From positions 130,764 to 194,763 of the forward strand of contig NIVC01002193.1 in assembly GCA_002269645.1 (NCBI GenBank): a DNA stretch of 64,000 nt, read 5' to 3'. This document shows positions 1 to 12,752 of this stretch, piece by piece. The notes beneath the pieces were generated by a model, which saw only the letters and a program-made list of their open reading frames with translations, had not been told where the DNA came from and searched no databases. Every line of letters begins with the position of its first letter. Within the stretch, counting starts at the first letter, position 1. Position numbers and translations under genes: made by a program. The stretch is from Macrostomum lignano. Taxonomy: Eukaryota.

Positions 1-81
1 AGGGAGATTTCTCTCGTGTTTCGTTTTAAATAAATTATAACCAATGGAAGTCTGTTGAAAAGTTTTTTAAGACAGCGACAA

Positions 82-676
82 GGGTGAGTGAATAGGAGGG
101 CAGGGATGAGTGAATAGGAGGGCAGGGATGAGTGAATAGGGGGAGGGTGAGTGAATAGGAGGGCAGGGATGAGTGAATAGGAGGGCAGGGATGAGTGAAT
201 AGGAGGGCAGGGATGAGTGAATAGGAGGGCAGGGATGAGTGAATAGGAGGGCAGGGATGAGTGAATAGGAGGGCAGGGATGAGTGAATAGAAGGGCAGGG
301 ATGAGTGAATAGGAGGGCAGGGGTGAGTGAATAGGGATACCAGGGGTGAGTGAATAGGGATACCAGGGGTGAGTGAATAGGGGACACCAGGGGTGAGTGA
401 ATAGGAGGGCAGGGGTGAGTGAATAGGGGACACCAGGAGTGAGTGAATAGGGGGCAGGGGTGAGTGAATAGGGGACACCAGGGGTGAGTGAATAGGGGGC
501 AGGGGTGAGTGAATAGGAGACATCAGGGGCGAGTGAATAGGGGGCAGGGGTGAGTGAATAGGAGACATCAGGAGTGAGTGAATAGGGGACACCAGGGGCG
601 AGTGAATAGGGGGCAGGGGTGAGTGAATAGGGGACACCAGGAGTGAGTGAATAGGGGACATCAGGGGTGAGTGAAT
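82..676. repeat. Minisatellite, 22-24 bp unit (GGGATGAGTGAATAGGAGGGCA / GGGTGAGTGAATAGGGGACACCAG)
   Basis: Tandem units read directly; explains ORFs 35..661 and 67..387. Boundaries approximate. Confidence 0.95.
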
Positions 677-1319
677 GGTTGATGATTAAGGGACAGGTAA
701 ACGAGGGATTAAGATGCTGACTGGGCACTGAGCAGAAAACAAACTATATTGATGAATGAATATTCTTCGGTCGGGCCTCAATAAATGGAGTGAAGCAATG
801 CAAGCAAGCACTAAAACGCCATGAGACCCGTGTGAAACTACAAACTAGGGTGAATTTCGGCCAAATTCCGCGAACTCAGTGCAAGATATGGAGTCTTACT
901 ATAGTCGTATAGAGAGAGGCTTATTGTTCCATGCCTGAGTGCGTAGTGTGAAAATATTCATAGCTATTAATTTTTATTGCTGCAATCGCTAACTGCTTAT
1001 ACCAATAGAGCTTGGGAAGCAATGCACACGATTGAAAACAATTAAATCAATAGGCCAGGATTAAAATCCTCTATACGCGTATGGATCGACCCAGGCATTC
1101 AGCCATTAGCCCGGGGCTATCAAACCGGCTTTTAACGGTTGAGCTGACCTGTGGGACTGCATTGGTCTGCGCATACGAGTATGCCATAAATTAAACAGAG
1201 AAAAAACTCACAAAAGGTTGTCAGAATTTTCGCCTGTGAAACTGGAGGGTCGCATTGGAATAATAATAATAATAACTAATTATAATATAAATTTACGGCA
1301 TGCAGAAACTGCCAGCCAA

Positions 1320-1333
1320 AGAGAGAGAGAGCG

Positions 1334-1364
<31 letters not shown>

Positions 1365-1378
1365 GAGAGAGAGAGAGG

Positions 1379-1412
<34 letters not shown>
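1320..1412. repeat. (GA)n microsatellite
   Basis: Near-pure GA dinucleotide run. Confidence 0.97.
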
Positions 1413-1415
<3 letters not shown>

Positions 1416-1999
1416 GATCTGTCTGGCAGTTTGCCAGCACGGCTAAACTAAGATTGTTGGCACTGGGCCCAAGCTGCCGCAGACTGGGAGAGAGAGAGAG
1501 AGAATTTCAAGCTGGAAGATCTGCTTGTAGCTTATAGAGTTAGTGAGCGTTTGTTTATTGTCAGCCCCCCCCCCCACGTTTCGTTTGCGCTGCACTGCAT
1601 GCGACACCGGCTGATCCACCTTGGCCCGCAAAGCCTCAATCCGGCTTGTTTGGCATGCAGCACTCGATCTGATTGGCAGATTAAGAACTTTAGCTCGCAC
1701 CTTTAATTGTAGCTGAATGCAAGGCCGCCGGATCGCACGTTGCGATAGAGCCAACAGATACGAGGGGGTATGCATTGCTATACAGAGGAAGTGCACACGC
1801 ATCGCTGAACACAGGGTTGTTGCTGGCAGCTCACTGTTTCACGTGTCCTGAAAATTTGCACATGTTATGCTCGAAATAGGGTTTCAGAGGGGGGGGCGAA
1901 GTTGTGCCAAACTGGTGCTAAGAATGGCGCTTTGGGCCGGGCGCTTTTTGAACGTCTTGCGAGATTTTAGGCGCGTTTGAGCAAGCTTTGGGAGCACTT

Positions 2000-2570
2000 G
2001 GAGGAGCTTTTGGGGGAGCGTTGAGGAAGCTTTTGGGGTAGCTTTGAGGGGGAGCTTTGAGGGGGAGCTTTGAGGGGGAGCTTTGAGGGGGAGCTTTGAG
2101 GGGGAGCTTTGAGGGGGGAGCTTTGAGGGAGCTTTTGGGTGAGCTTTGAGGGGGAGCTTTGAGGGGGAGCTTTGAGGGAGAGCTTTGAGGGAGCTTTTGG
2201 GTGAGCTTTGAGGGGGAGCTTTGAGGGGGAGCTTTTGGGGGAGCCTTGAGGGGGAGCTTTGAGGGAGAGTTTTTGGGGGAGCGTTGAGGGAGCTTTTGGG
2301 TAGCTTTGAGGGGGAGCTTTGAAGGGGGAGCTTTGAGGGGGGAGCTTTGAAGGGGGAGCTTTGAGGGGAGCTTTGAGGGGGAGCTTTGAGGGGGAGCTTT
2401 GAGTGGAAGCTTTGAGGGAGCTTTTGGGGGAGCTTTGAGGGGGAGCTTTGAGGGGGAGCTTTGAGGGGGAGCTTTGAGGGGAGCTTTGAGGGGGAGCTTT
2501 GAGGGGGAGCTTTGAGGGGCTTTGAGGGGAGCTTTGAGGGCGAGCTTTGAGGGGGAGCGTTGAGGGATGC
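2000..2570. repeat. Minisatellite, 13-14 bp unit (GGGGGAGCTTTGA)
   Basis: Tandem units read directly; boundaries approximate. Confidence 0.95.
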
Positions 2571-3289
2571 CTTTGGTGAGCTTTGGGGGCGCTTTTTATG
2601 TCTTATGGCACCCTATGAGCGTTTGAGCATTTTGAGGGCTCTTTATAGGGCGCTTGAGGGGGCATCAAATCAAAGCCTCGACTACATGTGGGTCCATATT
2701 TCATATTTAAGCCCGCAAAACCAATGCCAATTCTCTTCTGCACTCTGTCTGGGTTTGGACAGGTGCCAAAAACCTCGCCAGGAATTTTGCAGGCTTAAAT
2801 TGCAGATGCGCACTAGTGCACGCACATGCACTTTTGTGGAATAAGAGCAGGAAATTAAAATGCAATAAAGTGTATTGAATATTGCAAACTGCATACCTGA
2901 TTGCTTGAGCTACGATCGAAGTTCAAGTAAAAATTTGTTTGTGCCTCGCAAGCATTGTTGTAAACAGTATCTTATTGTAAAAAAATCCATATTTTTTAAT
3001 AATCTCTCTAAACATTGAGGCAGACAAGAGCATACTACTTTTAGTAGTGTATTGGAATTGAAGAAATTTGTGAACAAACAGATTCTAAGGTGGCGTTTCA
3101 CAAGCTAGAAACAGTTCATGACGAAAACTCCATCAAGGGATTTCATAATGCATAATGCTTCTCACAACGGATTTCATAATGGTTTAATCAAGAGGGAGAC
3201 ACTACTTCGTATGATAGAAACTCACTGAAGGCCTGATTCAATGCACAATACACTATCAAGTTTTGCAACGGCTTTCTTTAGTAGAAAAA

Positions 3290-3320
3290 CTAGCTATCTA
3301 GTGCCCCCCTTCGGGGCGGC
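3290..3320 (-). mobile_element. Possible Helitron 3' terminus
   Basis: Minus strand reads GCCGCCCCGAAGGGGGGC-ACTAGATAG-CTAG|T: a GC hairpin about 9 nt upstream of CTAG followed by T, the canonical Helitron 3' end. No matching 5' TC end identified. Confidence 0.35.
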
Positions 3321-3502
3321 GAATTAGCAAGGAGCAAAATTATTCATAGCTCGTACAAATCAATTAAAAAGCACATTTTCTTAAGAACCAATTCCTTCTT
3401 CAGTTTTATAAATCACCCTATTCGAATAAAACTGTCACTGACAGTTTGCTATGAATCGCTTTTTTCTAAAAGTATCAAAAGGACACAAAATAAAGCTTTC
3501 AC

Positions 3503-6478
3503 AAAGATAGCAAGTATCTCCCAGATAGCAAGCATCCCTAAATAGCAAGGATCCCTGGATAGCTAGCGCATCCCCCAGATAGCAAGCATCCCTAAATAGC
3601 AAGGATCCCTGGATAGCTAGCGCACCCCCAGATAGCAAGCACCCCCCTAGATAGCAGGCAACCCTCAGATAGCAAGCACCCCTCAGATAGCAGGCACCCC
3701 CCAAATAGCAGGCACCCCTCAGATAGCAAGCACCCCTCAGATAGCAAGCATCCCCCAGATAGCAAGCATCCCCCAGATAGCAAGCATCCCCAAGATAGCA
3801 ATCATTCCCAGATAGCAAGCACCCCTCAGATAGCAAGCACCCCTCAGATAGCAAGCACCCCTCAGATAGCAAGCACCCCTCAGATAGCAAGCACCCCTCA
3901 GATAGCAAGCACCCCTCAGATAGCAAGCACCCCTCAGATAGCAAGCACCCCTCAGATAGCAAGCACCCCTCAGATAGCAAGCACCCCTCAGATAGCAAGC
4001 ATCCCCCAGATAGCAAGCATCCCCAAGATAGCAAGCATCCCCAAGATAGCAATCATTCCCAGATAGCAAGCACCCCTCAGATAGCAAGCACCCCTCAGAT
4101 AGCAGGCACCCCCCAAATAGCAGGCACCCCTCAGATAGCAAGCACCCCTCAGATAGCAAGCATCCCCAGATAGCAAGCATCCCCCAGATAGCAAGCATCC
4201 CCAAGATAGCAAGCATCCCCAAGATAGCAATCATTCCCAGATAGCAAGCACCCCTCAGATAGCAAGCACCCCTCAGATAGCATCATAGCAAGCATCCCCC
4301 AGATGGCAAGCATCCCCCAGATGGCAAGCATCCCCCTAGATAGCAAGCTAGATAGCAAGCATCCCCCAGATAGCAAGCATCCCCCAGATGGCAAGCATCC
4401 CCCTAGATAGCAAGCTAGATAGCGCATCCCCCTAGATAGTGCAAGCATCCCCCAGATAGCAAGCATCCTTCTAGATAGCAAGCATCCTCCCAGATAGCAA
4501 GCATCCCTCAGATAGCAAGCATCCCCCAGATAGCAAGCATCCCCCAGATGGAAAGCATCCCCCTAGATAGCAAGCTAGATAGCAAGCATCCCCCTAGATA
4601 GCAAGCATCCTCCCAGATAGCAAGCACCCCTCAGATAGCAAGCACCCCTCAGATAGCAAGCACCCCTCAGATAGCAAGCACCCCTCAGATAGCAAGCACC
4701 CCTCAGATAGCAAGCATCCCCCAGATAGCAAGCATCCCCCAGATAGCAAGCATCCCCAAGATAGCAATCATTCCCAGATAGCAAGCACCCCTCAGATAGC
4801 AAGCACCCCTCAGATAGCAAGCATCCCCCAGATAGCAAGCATCCCCCAGATAGCAAGCATCCCCAAGATAGCAAGCATCCCCAAGATAGCAATCATTCCC
4901 AGATAGCAAGCACCCCTCAGATAGCAAGCACCCCTCAGATAGCATCATAGCAAGCATCCCCCAGATGGCAAGCATCCCCCAGATGGCAAGCATCCCCCTA
5001 GATAGCAAGCTAGATAGCAAGCATCCCCCAGATAGCAAGCATCCCCCAGATGGCAAGCATCCCCCTAGATAGCAAGCTAGATAGCGCATCCCCCTAGATA
5101 GTGCAAGCATCCCCTAGATAGCAAGCATCCCCCTAGATAGCAAGCATCCTCCCAGATAGCAAGCATCCCTCAGATAGCAAGCATCCCCCAGATAGCAAGC
5201 ATCCCCCAGATGGCAAGCATCCCCCTAGATAGCAAGCTAGATAGCAAGCATCCCCCTAGATAGCAAGCACCCCTCAGATAGCAAGCACCCCTCAGATAGC
5301 AAGCACCCCTCAGATAGCAAGCACCCCTCAGATAGCAAGCATCCCCCAGATAGCAAGCATCCCCAAGATAGCAAGCATCCCCAAGATAGCAATCATTCCC
5401 AGATAGCAAGCACCCCTCAGATAGCAAGCACCCCTCAGATAGCAGGCACCCCCCAAATAGCAGGCACCCCTCAGATAGCAAGCACCCCTCAGATAGCAAG
5501 CATCCCCCAGATAGCAAGCATCCCCCAGATAGCAAGCATCCCCAAGATAGCAAGCATCCCCAAGATAGCAATCATTCCCAGATAGCAAGCACCCCTCAGA
5601 TAGCAAGCACCCCTCAGATAGCATCATAGCAAGCATCCCCCAGATGGCAAGCATCCCCCAGATGGCAAGCATCCCCCTAGATAGCAAGCTAGATAGCAAG
5701 CATCCCCCAGATAGCAAGCATCCCCCAGATGGCAAGCATCCCCCTAGATAGCAAGCTAGATAGCGCATCCCCCTAGATAGTGCAAGCACCCCTCAGATAG
5801 CAAGCATCCCTCAGATAGCAAGCATCCCCCAGATAGCAAGCATCCCTCAGATAGCAAGCATCCCCCAGATAGCAAGCATCCCCCAGATGGCAAGCATCCC
5901 CCAGATGGCAAGCATCCCCCAGATGGCAAGCATCCCCCAGATGGCAAGCATCCCCCAGATGGCAAGCATCCCCCTAGATAGCAAGCTAGATAGCAAGCAT
6001 CCCCCTAGATAGCAAGCATCCCCCAGATAGCAAGCATCCTCCCAGATAGCAAGCATCCCCCAGATAGCAAGCATCCCTCAGATAGCAAGCATCCCCCAGA
6101 TAGCAAGCATCCCCCAGATAGCAAGCATCAGATAGCAAGCATCCCCCCAGATAGCAAACATCCCCCAGATAGCAAGCATCAGATAGCAAGCATCCCCCCA
6201 GATAGCAAACATCCCTCAGATAGCAAGCATCCCCCCAGATAGCAAACATCCCCCAGATAGCAAGCATCAGATAGCAAGCATCCCCCCAGATAGCAAACAT
6301 CCCTCAGATAGCAAGCATCCCCCATGGTTAGCAAGCACCCCCCCCCCCCAGATAGCAAGCATCCCCCTAGATAGCAAACATCCATGGTTAGCAAGCACCC
6401 CCCCCCCCCAGATAGCAAGCACCCCCCCCCCCCAGATAGCAAGCATCCCCCCAGATAGCAAGCATCTCTAAATAGCAA
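3503..6478. repeat. 3-kb minisatellite, 18 bp unit (AGATAGCAAGCATCCCCC) with ~660-680 bp higher-order structure
   Basis: Tandem units; the diagnostic variant CATCATAGC recurs at ~4281, ~4943 and ~5622. Confidence 0.95.
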
Positions 6479-7020
6479 TAAAAAAACTGGGAGAAAAAAC
6501 CAACGTTCTCATTTTTTTTTGTGAAATACAAAACTGAAATTGAAATGTTTTGTCATCATATTTTTAATAGAAAATGCGCGAGAAATTATATTTTAAATGT
6601 ATATTGAGAGCTGAATAAACTTATCTCGTAAATATGTATATTTATCACAACCAGTCAACGCCACTAAAACAAAATTACTCGAACACTGCAAACAATCAGC
6701 ATAGCTAAAGCATGGAGTGCTAACCGGATAAAAGATGAGCCATCTTGTGGTCTGCAAATACGAGTATCAATGCAGATTAGCTGATTTTGTTAAACAGTGA
6801 CATTGTAGCTCGTAAAGCTTCGTACTTAGGTGTAACGCAATATTTTTTTAAACTGCTAATGTTTTATATTTTAACTACAAGAAGTAAAGGTTATAAAGAG
6901 AAGCATTTATCTACATATTAATACAAATCATTGTATCGATATGTGCCGGGTGAAAGCGCGAATAATATTGGTGCACTCGTCAGTCAAACTGCTCTTTAAA
7001 TCCTAACACCGGGAGCTATC

Positions 7021-7757
7021 GGAATCTCACCTTTCAGACTAGAATCCCTGAAATCTCACCTTTCAGACTAGAATCCCTGGAATCTCACCTTTCAGACTAG
7101 AATCCCTGGAATCTCACCTTTCAGACTAGAATCCCTGGAATCTCACCTTTCAGACTAGAATCCCTGGAATCTCACCTTTCAGACTAGAATCCCTGAAATC
7201 TCACCTTTCAGACTAGAATCCCTGAAATCTCACCTTTCAGACTAGAATCCCTGAAATCTCATCTTTCAGACTAGAATCCCTGGAATCTCACCTTTCAGAC
7301 TAGAATCCCTGAAATCTCACCTTTCAGACTAGAATCCCTGGAATCTCACCTTTCAGACTAGAATCCCTGGAATCTCACCTTTCAGACTAGAATCCCTGGA
7401 ATCTCACCTTTCAGACTAGAATCCCTGGAATCTCACCTTTCAGACTAGAATCCCTGAAATCTCACCTTTCAGACTAGAATCCCTGAAATCTCACCTTTCA
7501 GACTAGAATCCCTGAAATCTCATCTTTCAGACTAGAATCCCTGGAATCTCACCTTTCAGACTAGAATCCCTGAAATCTCATCTTTCAGACTAGAATCCCT
7601 GGAATCTCACCTTTCAGACTAGAATCCCTGGAATCTCACCTTTCAGACTAGAATCCCTGAAATCTCACCTTTCAGACTAGAATCCCTGAAATCTCACCTT
7701 TCAGACTAGAATCCCTGGAATCTCACCTTTCAGACTAGAATCCCTGAAATCTCACAC
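7021..7757. repeat. Minisatellite, 29 bp unit (GGAATCTCACCTTTCAGACTAGAATCCCT)
   Basis: About 25 near-identical tandem units, no spacers. Confidence 0.96.
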
Positions 7758-8210
7758 TCAAGGCTGCAATATCCCTGAAATCTCACGCTTAACAAGGCTG
7801 CAATATGCCTGGAATCTCACGCTTAACAAGGCTGCAATATCCCTGAAATCTCACGCTTAACAAGGCTGCAATATGCCTGGAATCTCACGCTTAACAAGGC
7901 TGCAATATCCCTGGAATCTCACGCTTAACAAGGCTGCAATATCCCTGGAATCTCACGCTTAACAAGGCTGCAATATCCCTGGAATCTCACGCTTAACAAG
8001 GCTGCAATATCCCTGAAATCTCACGCTTAACAAGGCTGCAATATGCCTGGAATCTCACGCTTAACAAGGCTGCAATATCCCTGGAATCTCACGCTTAACA
8101 AGGCTGCAATATCCCTGGAATCCACCCTTAAGGCTGCAATATCCCAGGAATCTCACCCTTAACAAGGCTGCAATATCCCAGTAATCTCACCCTTAACAAG
8201 GCTGCAATAC
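7758..8210. repeat. Minisatellite, 34 bp unit (GGAATCTCACGCTTAACAAGGCTGCAATATCCCT)
   Basis: Tandem units; shares CCCT-G(G/A)AATCTCAC with the adjacent 29-bp array. Confidence 0.95.
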
Positions 8211-8719
8211 CTTGACACTTGGCATCAAACTTGGCTAGCTTGTGAAACTTGCTCATGAAAGTTTACAGTGCAACTGCTGTTAGCTTGTTCGGCAAGCAAT
8301 GCAAACAGAATGCTACAATAACTTTAATAATACTTATAGTAGCGTAATACAAGTTATGCATAAATGCAGACACATTCAAGACACAAACAGTAAATTTAAT
8401 AACGATATTCAACTAATAAACATATGTGCTAAGAGAAAACCGCTTTCAAAATAAACGAACAGGAAAAAAATCGCAAAAAATCCAATAAATTAACCAGTTT
8501 TCACTAATCTATTAAGATATGGGGCATTTTTAATAACAGGAAGATTTTGCTCCGTTGTCAGGGGGAATTGCAGCCTCACGAATAGCTTTAGAAAATTCTA
8601 CAACATCCGTGGCGCAATAAAGAAAGAACGAATTCCATTCCAAATACATGCATATGACAGATTACCAAACTAACTAGAGATTCGCTAGAGACAAAGTCAG
8701 CGAATACACACAAATTCAA

Positions 8720-10351
8720 TTACTGGTGATTAAGTTGGCCAGCAACAGGTGCAGACACGGGCCCGTCGCCTTTAATAGCTCCAACTGTAACCGGGCCGGT
8801 AGCAGCGGCGGCCGCCGAGTTGGAAGCGGCCTGATACTGCAGATGATAAGCCAGCGGGTGCACTTTAAATCCGTATAGCCTGGGCACGAACTGATTGGCC
8901 GGCCGTTTGGGCCGGTATTCCGGGTGAACTAAAAATAGCATATGGGGAAACCCCGTGCCAAAGTAGGCCCCGTCGATGTGTCGATAGCGCGACGCGGTAG
9001 GCATGTACACGTCGCGGCATTTAGGGCAGTATAGCTTCACTGTGGCCTCGCCAGGCAGGTCAGAGAGGCCTGCGAGTCAGCGGTAAGTGGGACGGTTACT
9101 AAGGCTTTTCGGAGGTTCAATCGATCGGACTTCTTGAATCCTCGGTTGTGATGTTGCTACCCTCCTGCCTTTACCTCTCATCCCCCACTCTCTTATTACT
9201 CCCTACTTCTCGTCCCCCACTCTCTTATCACTCCCTATCTCTCATCCCCCACTCTCTTATCACTCCCTATCTCTCATCCCCCACTCTCTTATCACTCCCT
9301 ATCTCTCATCCCCCACTCTCTTATCACTCCCTATCTCTCATCCCCCCACTCTCTGATCTGTATCCTACCACTCATCCCCTACTCTCTGATCTGTCCCCTA
9401 CCACTCATCCCCTACTCTCTGATCTGTCCCTACCACTCATCCCCTACTCTCTGATCTGTCCCTACCACTCATCCCCTACTCTCTGATCTGTCCCTACCTC
9501 TCATCCCACACTCTCTGATCTTTCCTAGGACTGGGACTGGGAAATGGGCTGTGCGCACCCTAGCGCACTGCAAGCGACATTGTCGCACAACCGGCGAGAG
9601 GCATTGCTGCCCATTCCGCCGACTCCCCTGAGCAGGCATACAAGCGCGCGGATACGTACGCAGTCATACGCACAGGCACACACTCACACAGGAGTGTACA
9701 GCGGCCCTAACTTTATTTATCGTTAGGCAGGTACACTTCACTGTGCCTTGGGGGTTGGCCTTCAAGGCCGTTAATTGCACGAGAAATGCCAAGCCGAGAT
9801 TCCAGTTTAAGCCCCAAATTAATGTGACTGCACTTGGAATCGAGCCTGGGCCGCTGGCACATCAGAGCGCCACGCCAGACCATTGGGCTACGGCCCCTCC
9901 CCCAACCTGCCAGCCTCCATCCCAACCAGCTGGTGCTGCTACCCCTATCCACTCTACAGACTCCCTCAGCGCTCACCTATAGGCATAACTGGTTGTCCCT
10001 CGCAGAACACACGCGGACAAGTGGAAAAGTCGCCTCGCAGCCATTTCTCAATCATTTGGGCAATGCCTCGGTTAGTGAGAATATATCGCGAATGAATTAG
10101 ACCGTAGAGCAGCTCGGCCGACTGTTCGAGCGCGTCCGAACCGCCCGGCCGGTCATCCATCATCAGTTCGTCGTCCGCCCGGCGTCCGTGATGTGTGCCA
10201 GGGCATCCCGGTAATTTGGCACCTGTTCTGCCAGGCCGGTGAGGTTGAACCGGTCGTTAATGAACTCTTCGTCAACTTCGCAGAAGTATTCGTTGCCGCG
10301 GAGGCCGCAGTACCAGGCTACCCAGGTGGATTCGTCGCTTGAGGTGCCCAT
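8720..10351 (-). CDS. CSNK2B: Casein kinase II beta subunit; exons 10351-9977 and 9069-8720; 1-nt frameshift at ~10178
   Basis: Motifs [42 protein letters not shown]|[17 protein letters not shown] and [37 protein letters not shown] closely match CK2 beta. GT-AG intron 9976-9070 in phase 1. Confidence 0.96.
9160..9525. repeat. Intronic ~32 bp CT-rich minisatellite
   Basis: CCCCCACTCTCTTATCACTCCCTATCTCTCAT units grading into CTCTCTGATCTGTCCCTACCACTCATCCCCTA. Confidence 0.9.
9546..9897 (-). mobile_element. tRNA-derived SINE (copy 1, in CK2 beta intron)
   Basis: Minus strand starts GGGGCCGTAGCCCAATGG (A box TAGCCCAATGG at 9890-9880), with B-box-like GGCTCGATTCC at 9846-9836. The body is closely similar to 37186-37502 in the opposite orientation. 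Confidence 0.75.
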
Positions 10352-10399
10352 GGCTGATGCTCAGTTTCAGTGCAGCTCTGGATTGCGGAATACAATGTC

Positions 10400-12000
10400 T
10401 TGGACTGAGATGTGGGATGGTTCTGGACTGGGATATGGGATGTTTCTAGACTGGGATGTGGGATGGTTTTGGACTGAGATGTGGGATGGTTTTGGACTGG
10501 GATATGGGATGGTTCTGGACTGGGATATGGGATGTTTCTAGACTGGGATGTGGGATGGTTTTGGACTGAGATGTGGGATGGTTTTGGACTGGGATATGGG
10601 ATGGTTCTGGACTGGAATGTGGGATGGTTCTGGACTGGGATGTGGGATGGTCTTGGACTGGGATGTGGGATGGTTTTGGACTGGGGTGTGGGATGGTTTT
10701 GGACTGAGATGTGGGATGGTTTTGGACTGGGATGTGGGATGGTTTTGGACTGGGATGTGGGATGGTCTTGGACTGGGATGTGGGATGGATGGTCTTGGAC
10801 TGGGATGTGGGATGGTTCTGGACTGAGATGTGGGATGGTTTTGGACTGGGATGTGGGATGGTTTTGGACTAGGGTGTGGGATAGTCTTGGACTGGGATGT
10901 GGGATGGTTTTGGACTGGGATATGGGATGGTTCTGGACTGGAATGTGGGATGGTTCTGGACTGGGATGTGGGATGGTTTTGGACTGGGATGTGGGATGGT
11001 TTTGGACTGGGATGTGGGATGGTCTTGGACTGGGATGTGGGATGGTCTTGGACTGGGATGTGGGATGTTTCTGGACTGGGATGTGGGATGGTTTTGGACT
11101 GAGATGTGGGATGGTCTTGGACTGGGATGTGGGATGGTTTTGGACTGGGATGTGGGATGGTTTTGGACTGGGATGTGGGATGTTTCTGGACTGAAATGTG
11201 GGATGGTTCTGGACTGGGATGTGGGATGGTCTTGGACTGGGATGTGGGATGGTTTTGGACTGGGATGTGGGATGGTCTTGGACTGGGATGTGGGATGGTT
11301 CTGGACTGGGATGTGGGATGGTTCTGGACTGGGATGTGGGATGTTTCTGGACTGGGATGTGGGATGGTCTTGGACTGGGATGTGGGATGGTTCTGGACTG
11401 GGATGTGGGATGGTCTTGGACTGGGATGTGGGATGGTTTTGGAATGGGGTGTGAGATGGTTCTGGACTGGGATGTGGGATGGTTTTGGACCGGGGTGTGG
11501 GATGGTTCTGGACCGATGTGTGGGATGGTTCTGGACCGGGGTGTGGGATGGTTCTGGACCGGGGTGTGGGATGGTTCTGGACTGGGGTGTGGGATGGTTC
11601 TGGACTGGGGTGTGGGATGGTTCTGGACTGGGATGTGGGATGATTTTGGACCGGGGTGTGGGATGGTTCTGGACCGATGTGTGGGATGGTTCTGGACCGG
11701 GGTGTGGGATGGTTCTGGACCGGGGTGTGGGATGGTTCTGGACTGGGGTGTGGGATGGTTCTGGACTGGGGTGTGGGATGGTTCTGGACTGGGATGTGGG
11801 ATGATTTAGACTGGGATATGAGAGGATTAGACTGGGATTTTGGAGGATTAGACTGGGAATTGGGATGATTTAGACTGGGATATGGGAAGATTAGACTGGG
11901 ATATGGGATGATTTAGACTGTAATAAGGGATGATTTAGACTGGGATTTGGGAGGATTAGACTGGGATAAGGGATGACTCTGGACTGGGATATGGGCAGTT
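10400..12000. repeat. Minisatellite, 23 bp unit (GACTGGGATGTGGGATGGTTCTG)
   Basis: Tandem units ending just upstream of a CAG acceptor 5' of the CK2 beta ATG; explains the W/G/D-rich ORFs. Confidence 0.95.
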
Positions 12001-12354
12001 CTGGACCAGAAGATATAGATAGGACAGGGTATATTGTAGACGATGTTTTAAAATAGTTTCATTCGACTGATGAAGAATTGAAACCTGTCATAAGACACAA
12101 ATATTCAAAACGATAAATAAATAAAGACACCAACCAAGTAAATATCCAATTAAACAGCAAAGATGGGATCATTTCCGTTTTTATTTACTCCAGACAATCT
12201 CAAACAACAAAGGCGCCAAGAAGGCAACAATCTGCGAAGCTACTGAATCGGATCGGGACACTTGGGACAACACTAAACACTTCAGCTTAAGCAGGAAGTC
12301 AATTCGGGAAAATAGTCACTGGATTGCTAATCTTAGCCGCAGATACTCGAATAA

Positions 12355-12752
12355 CTAGATGGGCCACTCAGGCATATATACTAGGTAAAACAGCTTTCTA
12401 CTTTCAGTTCAGTAGCAAAGAAGAATACATAAGCTATTTTATAAAAATAAAAGCAGCTGACATTGATAAGTTTAGAAGCCCAAGCTTGCAGACGAAAACA
12501 GCTTGCTAATTGGTTCAGCAATAATGTACATTAGCCACTGAAATGTACAAGGCAGATTTAGGCTGGAACAATCAAAGAAGGTAAAAGAATGACAGGGGTA
12601 GAAGTTCTGTGTGGAGTTTGAGGGTTTGAAGCTTGGGGGGTAAGAGCCAATAAATGAACCTTGTCTTTAAAAATACATTAAAATGCTTCAGTTTAACTTG
12701 CTACTGAACTGAAAGTAGCTTGCACGCAAATGTACCGAGTGGCCCATCTAAG
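12355..12752. repeat. Degenerate inverted repeat (old foldback element?)
   Basis: TAGATGGGCCACTC and CTACTTTCAGTTCAGTAGCAA (~12357-12418) recur reverse-complemented at ~12698-12752. Confidence 0.55.

Noticed and set aside
35-6478. Long ORFs such as 35..661 and 3435..6478
   Set aside because: They are translations of 18-24 bp minisatellites, open in several frames, with no splice or homology support.
7021-8210. CRISPR-like appearance of the 29/34-bp arrays (also the 36, 39 and 42-bp arrays)
   Set aside because: Units are directly adjacent with no unique spacers, there are no cas genes, and the context is eukaryotic.
10481-11868. Trp/Gly/Asp-rich ORFs
   Set aside because: Artefacts of the 23-bp array.
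12067-12095. CTGATGA...GAAAC..GTC as a minimal hammerhead ribozyme
   Set aside because: No credible stem I or II, and the stem III loop is not palindromic.
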